From positions 62,001 to 120,685 of the forward strand of contig KZ538124.1 in assembly GCA_000934665.2 (NCBI GenBank): a stretch of DNA of 58,685 nucleotides, written 5' to 3'. A program made the translations under genes and the position numbers. Positions within the stretch are counted from its first letter, which is position 1; each line of letters opens with the position of its first letter. Positions 14,525 to 28,370 of the stretch are shown here, one piece after another. The notes beneath the pieces were generated by a model. It saw only the letters and a program-made list of their open reading frames with translations. It did no database searches and was not told the DNA's origin. The stretch comes from Catajapyx aquilonaris. Taxonomy: Eukaryota.

Positions 14525-17500
14525 CAGTATTTTTAAGCATAAAATGTTTCCCTTTTTAAAACATCATGTTACACGTTCAAAGATCAACATTTGGATGATT
14601 CATTATGCATGCCTATTATTGCATACCCCGCTATAACTTCTCTCCTTATTACAACCTATCCCTTAGTGGAAAGCATTAGATTACACAGCAAGACCGCGTG
14701 ATTTGATTACCATATTTGTCAGCGTGCATTAATCTTGTATGAGCGTCGAGTACTCTGGCACCTGTTTGTGAATTACTGATTTGGAATAATGCTACTTTGC
14801 CAGTTGACTGCAACTTTCCCCCTTGTATTTCATTATTGACAGCCTTAGGAGACCCATCGTATGAATAATTTGGCTCCGGTATATACAGCTGAGTTATGAG
14901 ATTCATTTATCAGCCTCTGCAACACTTGGCTGAACAATCACCTGCAAAATACATCAAAGCATTTGATCCCACATTACGCTATTAGCACATGCTGACTTCA
15001 CTGCATCATATCCGTAACTGCTGGTTGGCTAAGAACATGATGGTTTAACAAATTAGGTTTTGGTGACTTTTTATATAACAAAAAGTGCAGGCCCCATTTG
15101 CCTTAACATGTTGCAAGTGATTTAAAACAAAGAAAGCAGCACCGGTAGTTGGCCAAAAGAGTCGTAGTATGAAAGAGCAAAATTGGGTTAGGAAATATTT
15201 CATCTTGACCTACAAAAATGTTCCTGTGATTTATTCAGCAGAATTTTTCCATTGCAATTTCTTCCTTATCCATATATCTGTCCTGCACAAAAATTGGCTT
15301 CTTCCATCTGCGCCGTTTCTCAAAAAAATATTATTTCGCGCATCTGCATTTGCGCTTCATTTTTTCTGCATATATATGTATGATACTAACAACAGTAGTT
15401 TGTATACCGCACATTGCGTGCGTGATTTTAACACATGATTGACGTTGTCGATTGCTAGTGTGCTGTACCTGAATATGAATTGGGAATAGAAACTAGAGAC
15501 CTGGCAACACCGCTGCGGCTAGCAACGATCTGTGGCTTTTCGCTGGGCGACATTTATTACCTCCCATGGTTATTTATCTGTATGTGGCCGAATCAGCCTC
15601 AATGAGAAAGGCATTCGGATAGTCATTGTTGCGCCTGCATTTTTATACTCGAAGCGCACTGGCTGATGAGAAAGCCCCAGACTCTAGCTATGAGGAGAAT
15701 CTGTGAGGGCAGATATCGATCTAGAGACATATACAGCACCAGTAAAGTAACTCAAATTGCTGCCCTGAAAGCTACGGAAGTAATACCGATTTTGGATAAA
15801 CTGCGGGCACACTGCGGAGAGGGGGAATTTCCTGATGCAAATGCATCCTGTAACAGCTTCCTAAGAGATGGAAACTTTCATATCCATTACGAGATATATA
15901 CGAGATGAAGATGCTGCATATTCGCGTCATTAAGCGAGTGCCCACTGGCCGTCGAAACTAATGTAAACACATAATATCGCCAATGTCGCTTCCAGGCTAA
16001 ATAAATGGCAAAGTTTGGAGAAAATTTGACTCATTTCTCATTATAACAGGTTAGAATATTCCAGCCTCCAGCATGGCCAAATAACTCCTGTTTAATGTTC
16101 ATTTTCAATTGGCTTCCACTTCATTCTGCTGAAATGGACAAAACCAGTACAGATGACCATTCGGAATAACGAATTAAAATAACACATGATAGCCTCCAGG
16201 TATCAAATCTATGCAGATTCATAGTTCTCCCAACATTTCCTTTAATGTGGCGATAATGAGAGAACTACTAGTATTAATCAATGTCCGATTAAGCCTATAG
16301 GATTAAGTCGACAGTAAAAGGGTTATATAAGTGTTACTCAACTTCCGGTGCGCACTCTTCCAAATGACAAAAGCGGCTAGATAAAAGAGGAGCTGCTGCA
16401 GTTTCCGCAGCTGCTTTTCTCTGCGTGTAATCTCCAATCTGTTTCCTCATCTAGTGTATTTTTGGCTTCAGGTCTAATAATTCCTCCTCCATAAAATTAG
16501 AACATCGGATTATTGCAGTCTGGGAAAATTCCCAAAGGTCCTGTATCTTCTGGCAAAGTTGGTTTTGGAGAAATCTGACTCCCAAAAAATAAGAGTCACT
16601 GAATCACAAAATAATTTTCTCTTGCGGCTACAATGCCAAGTAGTTTTTACATAAAATGGAACTAGTACATTGCAAACTTTAAATTCACAGAAATATTCAC
16701 CAATACATGCTTTATGTGCATCAAATCAGTTGGAGATGTCTATAGGTGCATAAAGTGAATAGTTTATATGCGTTTTTCATTTCCAGTGTACACAAGTCAA
16801 AAGTTTTCTATACTTTGTAACTCAAATGGTAACAAAATGAAAATGATACTCAAGCCTCATATAAGCTCAGCTATCTGGAACCGTGGCCTCTGCTTGTTTT
16901 TGACTAGCGAGTGATATTTTTGGGCCTAATGCAGCACCAGAGCTCCTGCGAGTTTGTCATCTTTATGGTTCCATAAAAGGAGCAAAATATGCAAATCTCG
17001 GGGTCCAATGGACGTGATGGTAGAGGTTCTGCTTCCTTTAGAAGTGAAGAGTAGGTTGCATATATGGGCTGGAGGATTCAAGAAAGAAAAAAAAATAGTA
17101 AAAAGGGGGGGAAAAAGTGATAGGTGGGAGAGGAAAATCCTGCTGCCGGTCGTTGTTTTGCGGGGGGTCCAAATAGGATATAGAGAAAGTGGGGGTTGGA
17201 AGAATGAAGGGGGGACTAGGGATTTCAGAATACCAAACAACACCCGCCTTTCCACTTTTGAGACGCGGGGGCATCGCCGTATTTCTCAACTCTGCACGCC
17301 TCCGCGACTCCTTTCTTCTCCTCCTGTTCACCAGTAAGATAAGATGGTCTGGCAACACAAATTATTATTCCTAACCTCCTTTTGATACATGGGACAACAT
17401 TTTAATGCTGGTGTTGGCGCTTGTAAAACAGTGGAATGTGAGGCTACTCGTGCATGGTTGACACATTTTTGGGAAACCTTTTTTGGGTTGATAAGTCATC

Positions 17501-20500
17501 ATGTCCACATGATGGGGAATATTTTTAAGTCGGATTATACCCTACAACGTATCATTTTGATAGGACTTGGAAGCGCCTCTCACAAAAGCTTCACGCAACT
17601 CACTGTACTGTATATAAACACTGGTGAATCCCCCTCGGGCTTTGATCTTATACCTTGCTTGCATAGTGGCGGGTACACCATTACATTCGGGTGAATTAAT
17701 GAAACATTTGGCTCTGAGTAGTCTACCAACATGGCCTAACCTGTGTGTGTTAGATTTTCCACTTGACTCAACCCAGATGTAGCAACAATGGTTTTACAGC
17801 CGCTTAATAATATACGCCATCAAATGTACTGTACTATAGGCGCACATATAGATACTGAGACTGGAACAGCAGCACGAAGACTTGCTTTTGTGCCATGAAA
17901 CAATTACCAAATGATTTGTGATGTACAGCACATTCTCCCTGTCCCTCAAAATTCTTCCAATCCAACAAATGGGAGGCGGTGCGCCGCAACACATTACCTC
18001 GTGAGACTCGGACGCTTTGAGCCGAAAGGAAGCTTCTGGGAGAAGAAGGAAAAGGATCCAGAAAAAGTGTTGGGGAGGGGGTGTTCCTCTGTTTGTTCCC
18101 TGTGGCTGAGTTGAGGAAACGCCATTCCGCACTTGCAACTCCGCCAACTATTGGTCCTCAGCCGTAGCTAAGCCCACGAGACAAGCCGTGGATACAAGTG
18201 GAGCCAAGTTTGCCAGAGACGTATGAAAAAATTGCCTGAGGGGGGCGCAGGAAGCGTTTGTCGGTTGTAAGGGGTGGTGGTGGGGGAGTTGGCTTTATTT
18301 CACCTATCCGTATAATGGATCCTGGCCAGGTCTTGGATAATATATGGGGCTGTTTCTTCCACTGGCATAACTCGGGCTTAAAACTCATCGTCCTGAAGCG
18401 TGACGATAAAAGTTTGGGGGTGTCGGATTTCGAGAGACGGTTTCATTCGGTTTGATGCGTAAAACGCGTTTTCAGACATGAAGGTGGAATTCCATTGCGT
18501 ACTTAAAGCGTTACGCATGTTACTAAAGCATGTGTTTAAATTGCGCATTGCAGAGTACAAGACATAAAGTAACGAAAAGTTAGTCAAAAATAAATTTTAA
18601 AGAGTGTTGTAAATGAGACAACAATCAGCTCCAAATAACACAGTAATATTACGATCAAAATTAAGCCGAATTATTTTTTAAAATTTTTCTTCCTTATTGA
18701 ATCCTACTTTTCTTTTATTTACCTCAATTTAACATCATTGTCTGTTCACAATTGATGGCATATCACATCGGATTTAGATATTATTTTGGATGGCAAAGAG
18801 GCTTGTAGATGTTCCTGATGTATGGTTGCGGTAAGTGAAATGAAGCTGCATGTCACATTTTGGGTACTAAGCAAGTGTTTTTAGCGGAGCAGTACTTTCA
18901 GAAAAGTCGAGTGCTGCACAAATGAGCTTTGTACAAAAGCGGATTTCCACTGTATATGCTCGTGTCCTCTCGTGTCTCGCTATGCACTTCTGATCTCTCT
19001 CTCTCCTCTCATAATTCCCTTCCTCTGAACAGTGATTTTAATACAAAACATGCTTAAATGCTTCATTCTCATTTTTGCTCTTTGACAATATTTCTACTGC
19101 TACTAATTGGATCTGTCGCTCTCATATACATGCAAGAAAATTGTAATACCCTCTTCAAAGAAATAAGTCTGGACGCTATGCACACTGTTTGGCATAAAAA
19201 TGACAAAAATGAAATGGAACCAGATCAATATGCTACTCTGGAACAAAATGTGCTCCGTTCCTGTATATAGAAAAGCAACAAAAAGTCTTGTACTTACTAT
19301 TTTACCACTGTACTTCTACAGTAAATGTATGACATATTGTGTGCCTATATACAGCATAATATTGTTCTCATAGTAACCTGCACGTTTACTCTCACTGTCA
19401 GACGTACTTTTTGTTATTACATTTTTGTGGTAAAGCCATGTTATTTATACCATCAGTAAATCGTGTACACGTCTGATCTTACGCACTTTAACCTCCTGAA
19501 TATAGAGCAGAGTTTTGTTGTGCATGCGAATATTCCACAATCCTGCGTACACACCTTCCTCATTTCCTCCACCTGATCTTCCCCTTCCCTCCGGCGCCAT
19601 TTTGTGCAACAACAACCTGGAACCGGATTGTAACTCATAACGTTCGACTGAGCCTGTGAGAAACTCCCTAAAATTTCTGGAGCAAAAGCGCCCGAAGAGG
19701 TCTTTTTGCCTGGTACTGCACGCGCCTTACAAGAGTAAGCGTAGTTGGGTCTTGGCGCGATTTCTGGCGGTTGGGATGTTGATGTTGAAAGATGAGGGGC
19801 GTTGTGGTCGGCTGACTGCTTCCCAGAGTTCCTCGGGCGTCATAAATATGAGGAGGAGGGAGGTGATGGGAGGAGTGGGGAGAGGGAAGGGGGCCTTCCC
19901 TCGAGTGCTCTTTTATTCCCCTTCGGTTTAAAGTTTCATGATATGCAGGAGGACGGTAAAGGTTCATCCATCACTGGATTGGTAAGACTTCAAGGAGTTT
20001 GGCTCCCTCAGGGGTCAGGTGCTCGTGCTTGTTCCTTAAATGCGAGAACAATAAGGCGTCTTTAGTCAGCACCGCCTTCTCCTGGCAGGGGGGCGTCTTC
20101 TCTTTGGACAGACTTGTCCCAAGGAATAATGCGTGCGAGATGTGACTGCTGGAGGTTTTGGGGAGGCGTCGACGACACACGGCCTGAATCTTAGGAGCTC
20201 AAGTTCTTGGGTCTCGACTTGACGGCTCGGATTGTTTCCGCTGGATGAACAAGGAGACATTACCAGAGATGAAATCAATGAGACTTGAGGTGCTGCTTTG
20301 AGGACTCTGCACGGTGACAAATCGGATTTCGGGAGATGGTGTGCGTTACTTCGAATTCGGCGAGTCAGTCATCGTTTATTCATGTGGGGTTAATATTGAG
20401 GTCGACGTAAGAAAATAAGTCAGGCTTTGGTATCATTTTGTCGGTAGTTTTGTTGCCCCAAAATGTAAGCTCAAATTAGGGTTTTTATTGTTGAAGCTAA

Positions 20501-20931
20501 TAATTAAAAATTTATAATACAAAAAAGCAAAATATAATTAGCTATGCGCATATTATAATTACATTTACGACTCTTACGTTAATATTTTCAGTGAGAAACT
20601 AACATTTCGATTTTGATGGAAATTTTTTGCGGTTATGAACTAATTGTACAAAAAATTTTGGGGATGTATGCATAAATCCAATTTCAATAGCCATGTACTT
20701 TTTCCATCATTACCACATCAATCGCTATTAAATGAATTTTCGAGGTGTTAGGCCTTAATTTCCATTGCATAGTTCACACTTCACAGCACAATTGCTGTGC
20801 GAGTGAAAAGGATACGTGTGGCGTGAAATGCAAAATTAAATACCAATTGCTTTTTACCTTGTATTGCCAACATTATTTTTATGCACGAACTGCATGGTGC
20901 CGAAAACGTCTCTTTTTGTCAGTAAGATTTA

Positions 20932-21013
20932 AGGCCTAAACTCATATCGACTTGTTACTCCGACATGTGCGCGCAAGTCGGAGCTAACAAGTCGATAATA
21001 TGAGTTTAGACCT
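20932..21013. mobile_element. 82-bp fold-back MITE, PIF/Harbinger (Tourist)-like
   Basis: AGGCCTAAACTCATA...TATGAGTTTAGACCT; almost the whole element is self-complementary and TTA flanks both sides (20929-31, 21014-16), the 3-bp TWA TSD typical of PIF/Harbinger. Confidence 0.7.
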
Positions 21014-24000
21014 TTAACGCTTAAAATGATTCAAGACTAAACGTTTGACGTAATATACCTAACAAATAAGTAGCGTTACTTCAAAAAAACTATGAAGGCC
21101 TGAAGCTTCAGGTGAACTACACATTCACCTTATACGCGTATAACAAAGTAGAGCAAAATTTCAAAAACATTTTCCCTATAATAGTTTCAGTTCTTCGTAA
21201 TATAAACTGTATAGTCTTGCTACTTGAAACAAACTGCACAAACACCGTTAAAAACACACGTGTAAAATATTGAACCTGCTATTCCAAAGTTTACTTTTAG
21301 TATTCTTTTTAAACAATGGGCAGTAAAGAAAGTTTTTATTAATAATAACTTGCATACATGCTACATCATTTAACTGCACTTTTCACACCGCTTTAAAGCG
21401 CATTTGCTTTTTTTTCTCCCGAACACTTTTGAGATGAAACAAAATTCCTGTTGAAACCCAATCCTTAAAGTTATCATATACTGAATAAATCTGAATAGGG
21501 TTGATTGATGCTGTTGAAACCCAATACTCGCGCACTCATGGCTTTACAGCAGGATAATTTTCGCCGAATACACATTCTCTCTCGCACAACCCGACACTGT
21601 ATAAACTAAAGCAGCAATTATTCTAATTGTGATTGCACTTTGAGCACAATTAAGCTCATGCACAGCACTGTACATGATCTCAACTACTGGAAATGCACCA
21701 TGAACATAATATAATTTTATTCCCAGCGCACTCTGATGTCATAATATTATTAATGCGCCGGACAGTACCAGCCTTCGGGCCAGTATTTAAGCCAAATGTT
21801 AACGACAGACATCATCAGCTTACTCAGAGTACCAACTCGAATAAAAAGCGCACAAAATTGCCAGAGAAAAAAAGAGTCGGTTCGGATTCGTGTTCTATGT
21901 GTAACTAGAGCTAGTTTAAATCTCTTGCATAACAAAAGAGCGCACTGCACGATTTTCTCTCCTACGTTATTTTTTTTTCTTCTTTCTATTTCTCCTTTCG
22001 ATGCCTCCCGGGACACTTTGGTGGAGGCAGGCCAAAGATGGGATTTGCAATGTTGATGACGGCAGAAAAGAATTTGCGAGGCAGGCACAGCGCGGGGTCA
22101 AATGGAGTTTGTGAACAGGGAAAGGTGGGGTGGGTGGGTGGGATTCCTTTTTCGAAGATTCATCCGCAAAAACCTTCTCCGGGTCTCTTCGAATGGAAGC
22201 CGCAGTCCGGAACGGTGCAAGTCGAAGGGCCCCCGCCATTTGGAAATTTATGAGCTTCTCTGCTCTGACTCAAAAACTGGCTTCCAATGGCCAATTCAGG
22301 AAGGTAAAAAAATGTACCACATAAAAAGTACGTAAATTTCTGTGGAGCGGTAGAAGCAAATAAAAAAAGAAGGAATGTGAGGCCTACTTTTATGCGACAC
22401 CTTGGCCGCATTGGCAATCAATGGGTTATTCTATTCAGTTTGGCATTTTGCACGTTTGAAAACATCTGGAGACGTGATCTATAAATTTTTAAACTTAACA
22501 AAAAAAGAATTCTCCGGGTAGTGTAGACGCATGTTGCAAAAGTAAATCAGTTTATGCGTTCTGCTCGGCATCAGTGTCACATAACTTCATGCACGGATGT
22601 CACTGCACAGCTTTAAAATATGCCCTGTTTTTTTGCCATGATTCTGAGAGTCTGAAAACGTCCTCATATTGCCAGCATGTCTGCTGTACTGTTGAGCTGA
22701 AATTTCAAATTATAATATAGGAACTTTTCTCTCCAGAATTGGTACTAAAAAATTCTCGCACATCTACTTTGCCCTATCAACGTGTATAGAAGGATATTGA
22801 AAGATACACATTCAAATTTTTAAAGTTTGTTCTGGATACTTTCCAGTGGTGTAATTTTAACCTGTAATAATTCACTTATAATTTAAATGCGATTAATTTG
22901 TGCTGCAAACCTATGACCCGGCATTAAATTAATCCCTTCTACACCATCTGTATTCCGGCCTTGAAACTTTGATAACTATACGCAACATATCTAATTGAAG
23001 TACGAACTGGGATGTTTATCCAGGAGTTTCACGATGTAGAAACTATCCATAGCCTTTGCCTGTAAAACGCTATAACTCGCAGGTAAACAAACAGGAACAG
23101 TTGACCGATACAAGACGAATAATAGTGTAATAGTATAGAGTCTATAGACCCTTCAGCCATTGTCCTATATGTTAGACAAGCACTTTAGGCTACAAAGTGA
23201 AGGTGAGAACTGAAATTAACAGTGGCAAGTGTACGCAGTGGATTTGTAAAAGAAAAGCCGGGATCACAGGTAATTCCTGATTTTCCCCCTTCCAACTGGG
23301 TTGCTTCCCTTTAATACTAGTGGCAGAGCAAAGCAATCCATAAATTCTTTCCTTCAACTGAAGACTTGAGCAGTGCACAGCCATATATACAATCTGAAAT
23401 ATATATACAGCTTATTTTTGCCTTCGAAAAAGGGCCATTAAAACCAGTCTTTTTTTCATCTTAGAGAAAGCGTGGAAAGCCGAGTTTTTTTTTACCCCAG
23501 CGAGAGATTTCATCGCATCTCTGCTGCTGCGTGGTTTTTCCTGGGCCACTGTAGCAAGCCTCAAGAGACAGTAGGAAAGAATTATTTTGCCTTCTCCTCA
23601 AGCCCCCTTCACGAAACGGATAAAAATCACTTCCTATGGATCCCTCCGCGGATTCTATAGATTCCACCAGATTCACTTGCCCTCCAATGATTCCCATAAG
23701 ATTTCCTCGAATTCTCTGAAATTCGCGTTTAAAACACTGAGCTTTGTAAATGGTAGCAAGTATGGCAGACACACCATTTAGTTAATTCTGGTAAACGAGG
23801 CTTTGGAGACCAAACGACACATCTACGTAAAATGATCGTCTCCTATAGCTATGAGTCCATCCCAGAAGTTTGCCAGCAGCACCCTCCACACCTGCCATAA
23901 TCCCTCCTGCAACAGCCCAGTTTGTCCCTAGAATGCTTGTGGTTAGCGACAACCGACATCAACCCCCGCCCTTAGGAAAAGCCTGTAAGGCCGCAATTAG

Positions 24001-24893
24001 GTGGTGAGGCAACCTCCAAGCTCTTATCCTCCCAAAAAGTGTCAAGTCGTGACTTGGCCGCGATTTGAGGCGTGGCTCGGAGACCGCGTGCTAAATTATA
24101 ATTTCCGCGTCGGCTTTTAGTGGCGCCAAGTATGAGGAGCCAGAGACGTGTGTCCTCTTTCGAAAAAAGAGGAGTAGGAGGAGGAGTGGTGGTGATTGCC
24201 TATTCCAGCAGCAGTTGGGGCCGTCCCTTTTATGGCGAGCGGAAAGAGGCGCCTCCGGAATGTGTCCAGAATAAATCCCAGGCCTCCCAACCGCAGACTA
24301 GAAAAGGAGGAATGGGAAATACTGCATTGTTTACTTGGCTTGCCTGGGCTGCCTGGGAAGTAAACAAACGTCTCCCCTCCTTTTGGACTCTGCATGTGAA
24401 TGACTAAATAATTCGGCACCACGTCCGTCTTAATTGTCCGGCGAAAACGACGAACAATGGCGGACGCGACGTGCCTCCCTGGTTATTTCGAGGGGGAGAT
24501 GTCCCGCCTGAAGGGCCCCCAAAACCTTCCGATTAATTATGACACAGATTACAGAATGAGGCAGGGTGTTTATCAGGCCTGGATTTCTGGAGGCCTGTTT
24601 TCTTCATCTTCAGAGAAAATGACGTCTAATGTCTGGAAACAGAGGGAAATTGTCGTAGTTTCAGTGAGGAAAAATATATTTTTAAAAAAAAGTGTTCGAG
24701 GAAGGAAATCAGTAGATTGCGCAGGCTGCTTGCTCCCGAAATCCTACGGCTGTGTTTTAATATTTGGATTAATAAAAATCTGTATTATTAAAATGATTCG
24801 TTGTATGCCCGAGGCTTCTGATTAGTCCACCGTATATTGTTACCACGACGTATCCGATTGGCCGCCGTTCTGCACCTGCGCAATGGAGGGAGT

Positions 24894-24908
24894 TAGCGCC
24901 TCTGGTGG
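24894..24908 (-). promoter_or_regulatory. CTCF-like motif
   Basis: Minus strand CCACCAGAGGCGCTA, one base shorter than the canonical CCASYAGRKGGCRS core; near an ATTGG and a TGCGCA. Confidence 0.25.
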
Positions 24909-27654
24909 GTGGGAGTAGTAACTAGTGATAAATAATAAAATAATTTAAAAATACTGTACCTAGCACAATTGCTCGTTTAAAAACGGAACCGTCAAGAGCT
25001 GGCCTTATGCAGTGTGCCTAAAGTAACCGACTAGATCAATGCCTTTTGTCGTCCTTTTTCTTTCATATCTTTTTGGAGCCAATATTCACTAAGCAGCTCC
25101 AGAACACTTTTCATCTCGCCGCCTGCTGCACCTTGCAAAAAAAAAAACTTTGTTACATAAATGAACCGATATCGCTCGGAACAGCTTCGCTCAGCATTGA
25201 TTCCCCCGGAACACACCCGGACCATCGCCCGAAAAAAATGCAGATTAGATTTACGACTCGAGTGCAAAAGTGTACTAAAGAAAATATCATCTCTGATTCA
25301 TGACTCCAAACGGTTCCACCCGGAATTTTATGCAAAAAATAGGGGGGGTATATTTTTTTTTATCCGGTTACAAAACGCTCCAGCTCCGGTGCCGGGCCCT
25401 GGTTATTAACTTATCCGGCCATTGATTCGCTGCAAAAAGGGTCGCACCTCAGAACCGTCACAAAGGGGCGCCACAAGTCGTCGTTCTTCTCTTCGGGATG
25501 AGAGACTTCGCCTCTCGTTATCGGCGCCTTGAGCACCAAAGATTTAGAGCAGCGAGACTTGGCATAATTTGGAGGTAGAAGAGATGTCGCCTCCTCCCAA
25601 AACCTGGAAGGTGTATAAAGGAAAAGGGGATTTACAACTAGTCGCATGAAAAGGACCACAAAATCCGGAGGACGGGAGGAAAAATATGCAAATCTGGGCA
25701 CGGGGGCACGCTCGCAGGTTTTGCTGCCTTTCCAATTTGGCCGCAACAACCTGCCTTCCTTTCCTTTCCCCCCAAACTACAGGATTAGCCCACATGACAA
25801 GCATCTCCTGCCTGCGCACTTTAATGAGATGTTGCAGCCCACCTTCATCTGTTGCCTCATTGTATAGGACCCCTCAAGTGCAATAACTGAAGCCTTATTT
25901 GTCACGGGAGTAACAATAACGAGGGTTGGACTCAGCTGTCATATTGCCAAGTTTATTAGTCTGGTAATGTCTATAATTATTATTCCTATAATCAGGAATT
26001 CATTCTAAATTGTTTATTAATTTTAAGAATTTTGGCAATATATTTTTCATTGCACATTTTTATTACTTGTATTAATTTTTATCGATACACTTTTATAAGA
26101 AACAAATAGGTCACGTAACCAACTCCCAAAAAAATTGTTTCTACTTATGGCTAACTCCACAACAATCAAGCTAAATGGTTAAATATTGTCCACAGGGTAT
26201 ATACTGTGTAGTTACTTGGTCAGTAGCCAAATACGTTTTATCAATTGAGATAATTTCATTACTAAATTATTATTAACAACCGCTCATTACACTACCCGCA
26301 TAATCCGATTTAATTGTCGCACCCTGTGGCTGTGGCTTACGCCTGCCTTGTCTGATTTGACGGTTTCAGTGAGCCTCAAAATGAACGTCACTTTCCATCA
26401 CTTCCTACAAGTTTTCGAGACAATCGATTTTAGAGGATTGTCAGAAATCTGGCTTATTGTTTATCCCTTTAGGATTTACGCCCCATGGTATGAGGTGCAT
26501 TCGCAAGGGAGTAAAACAAGCTGAGGATTTCTATAGAGAAATTACTGTCGCTTATATTACTCCAGCAACAAAAAAAAACAACCATCGCAAGTGCAACGTG
26601 GCTACACTGCAGAGTAAGCAGTTAAAAGATCTGCAAGATTTTACGGCCCCAGGAAAATGTAATCTCAAGGTGATTTCCACTAGGAGGAACTAAAGCCGCA
26701 ATAATCCTTGTTTGTGCATAATTGCTGTGCATTGCGTTGTAATTTACTCACGTTTTTACCTCCTTGAATTACCAAGTCATTAGCAACTCCGTCAAGATAA
26801 TTAAGAGGTCGTAAACTTCTACGTAAACTTTACGAGTGAAAGCGAACGCTGCACATAACACAACAAAATCATCCAATCCTTTTTGTCTTTTACCTCTCTC
26901 TCTTCCTCATAATGAGTCCAACTCAGGAGTTGATGGCCTAGAATGGAGTTGATTTTAACACCAATTTTCAACGCCTCTGAACAAAATGGGGCTTCATCAA
27001 GTTCCCATTTATTTACTTCACTAGTAGCAGACTCGTTGCCCAATTTTAGCAACACTGCTTGGCCACCCCCGACCCTCCCCACTTGAAAATAGTACCCATA
27101 GGTTCAGAAGGTAGCCTTTTCCTCCAATATATGACCTTTTACATATGCACATACGCGCATGAATTCAGTTGAACATGCGCGCATCTGCAGTTCTCTGCAA
27201 GCACTTTCTTCTGCAGCAAACCTTACCGTTTATTAGGCCGTAACTTATTTCCTCAGTAGGCCCTAGTTTGTGACACTAGATGAGGATTTACCTCTAGTCC
27301 AGAGGCCCTGGCTATATATAGGACAGTCACAAATCCAATAAAATGGTTAGGGCTTAGGAAGCGTAACTCTTACTTCCGGACTCGTGATCACTATTGGCGC
27401 CGAATAGCGATAAACTGGGGGGGTGCGGTGGAAACGAGGCGCACTAGTCCCCAGGCTGATTTAAGAGGAATGTCTGCATTGCAAATCCGGGGGAACGCCT
27501 CGTGTGTTTACTGCCCCTTGGGAAATCCTTCCCAATCCTCGGATTGCTGCGAGGGAATCCTTCCAATTCAAAGGCCGTTGCTCAATTCCCTCTACCTTCA
27601 TCCCCCACTGTTGTTTCTTCCTTTCCTCCTTTTTTTTGGGGGGGGGGGGGGGGG

Positions 27655-27670
27655 NNNNNNNNNNNNNNNN
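27655..27670. other. Assembly ambiguity (16 N) inside a poly-G tract
   Basis: Ns flanked by G runs at 27638-27654 and 27671-27678; another single N at 28044, also within G runs. Confidence 0.98.
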
Positions 27671-28128
27671 GGGGGGGGTAACAAACCAAGCAAAGCTGAC
27701 CCTCCAAATGGAGTCATTTGCAGTCGTGCGCACCTTCTTCCGGGCACGGTGTTTACTTTCCGGAGTCCATTGTGACTGCAAGTCGCTTCATAATGGGTCC
27801 CACTGCTTTTCCGGGAGATTTCAGGGGGGGATCTCTGGATACGCCCACAAGCCGGATTAACTCTCCGAGGCTCCGACCTTTCTCATTCACTCGGACCCGG
27901 AGACCTCCCCGAATTTTTTTGAGGGCCAGGTCCAACCCGGATTATGGGTTGCCTGGCGACGTGGAATCCGGCGAACAATTTGTGCGCAAACCTGCTTATT
28001 GTCATGATCCACTCCGGATTATTTGCTCCGGAGGGAGTGGGGGNGGGGGGGGGAATCATTATTCAATCCGGATCCTTTATATATTTATCTTGTAAGTAAT
28101 TTGGCGTGTCACCAATGCAATGCAGGGA

Positions 28129-28370
28129 GTCGAAATATTCGGATGCAAAAGGTGCAATGTGCACTCCAAACTGAGCCTTGGAGTGCAAAGTTTGCACTCC
28201 ATGGTGGTCTTCCTTTCTAATCTTGGCTAAACCCAGTAATTAAAATTATAAGCACTCCATATACGTAATTTGCACTCTAGATGAAAGTCTAGAGGGCAAA
28301 CTTTGCACGTCGACAAAATATTTAAATATTTCTACTGACCTGACCCTAACCGAACCTAGCCCAACTTAAA
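28129..28370. repeat. Cluster of short inverted repeats built on a TTTGCACTCC unit; probably a decayed non-autonomous element
   Basis: Palindrome at 28179-28201, hairpins at 28160-28187 and 28269-28300, an outer 11-bp IR GTCGAAATATT/AATATTTCTAC, and a degenerate (CCTAA)n-like tract at ~28339-28365. Confidence 0.5.
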
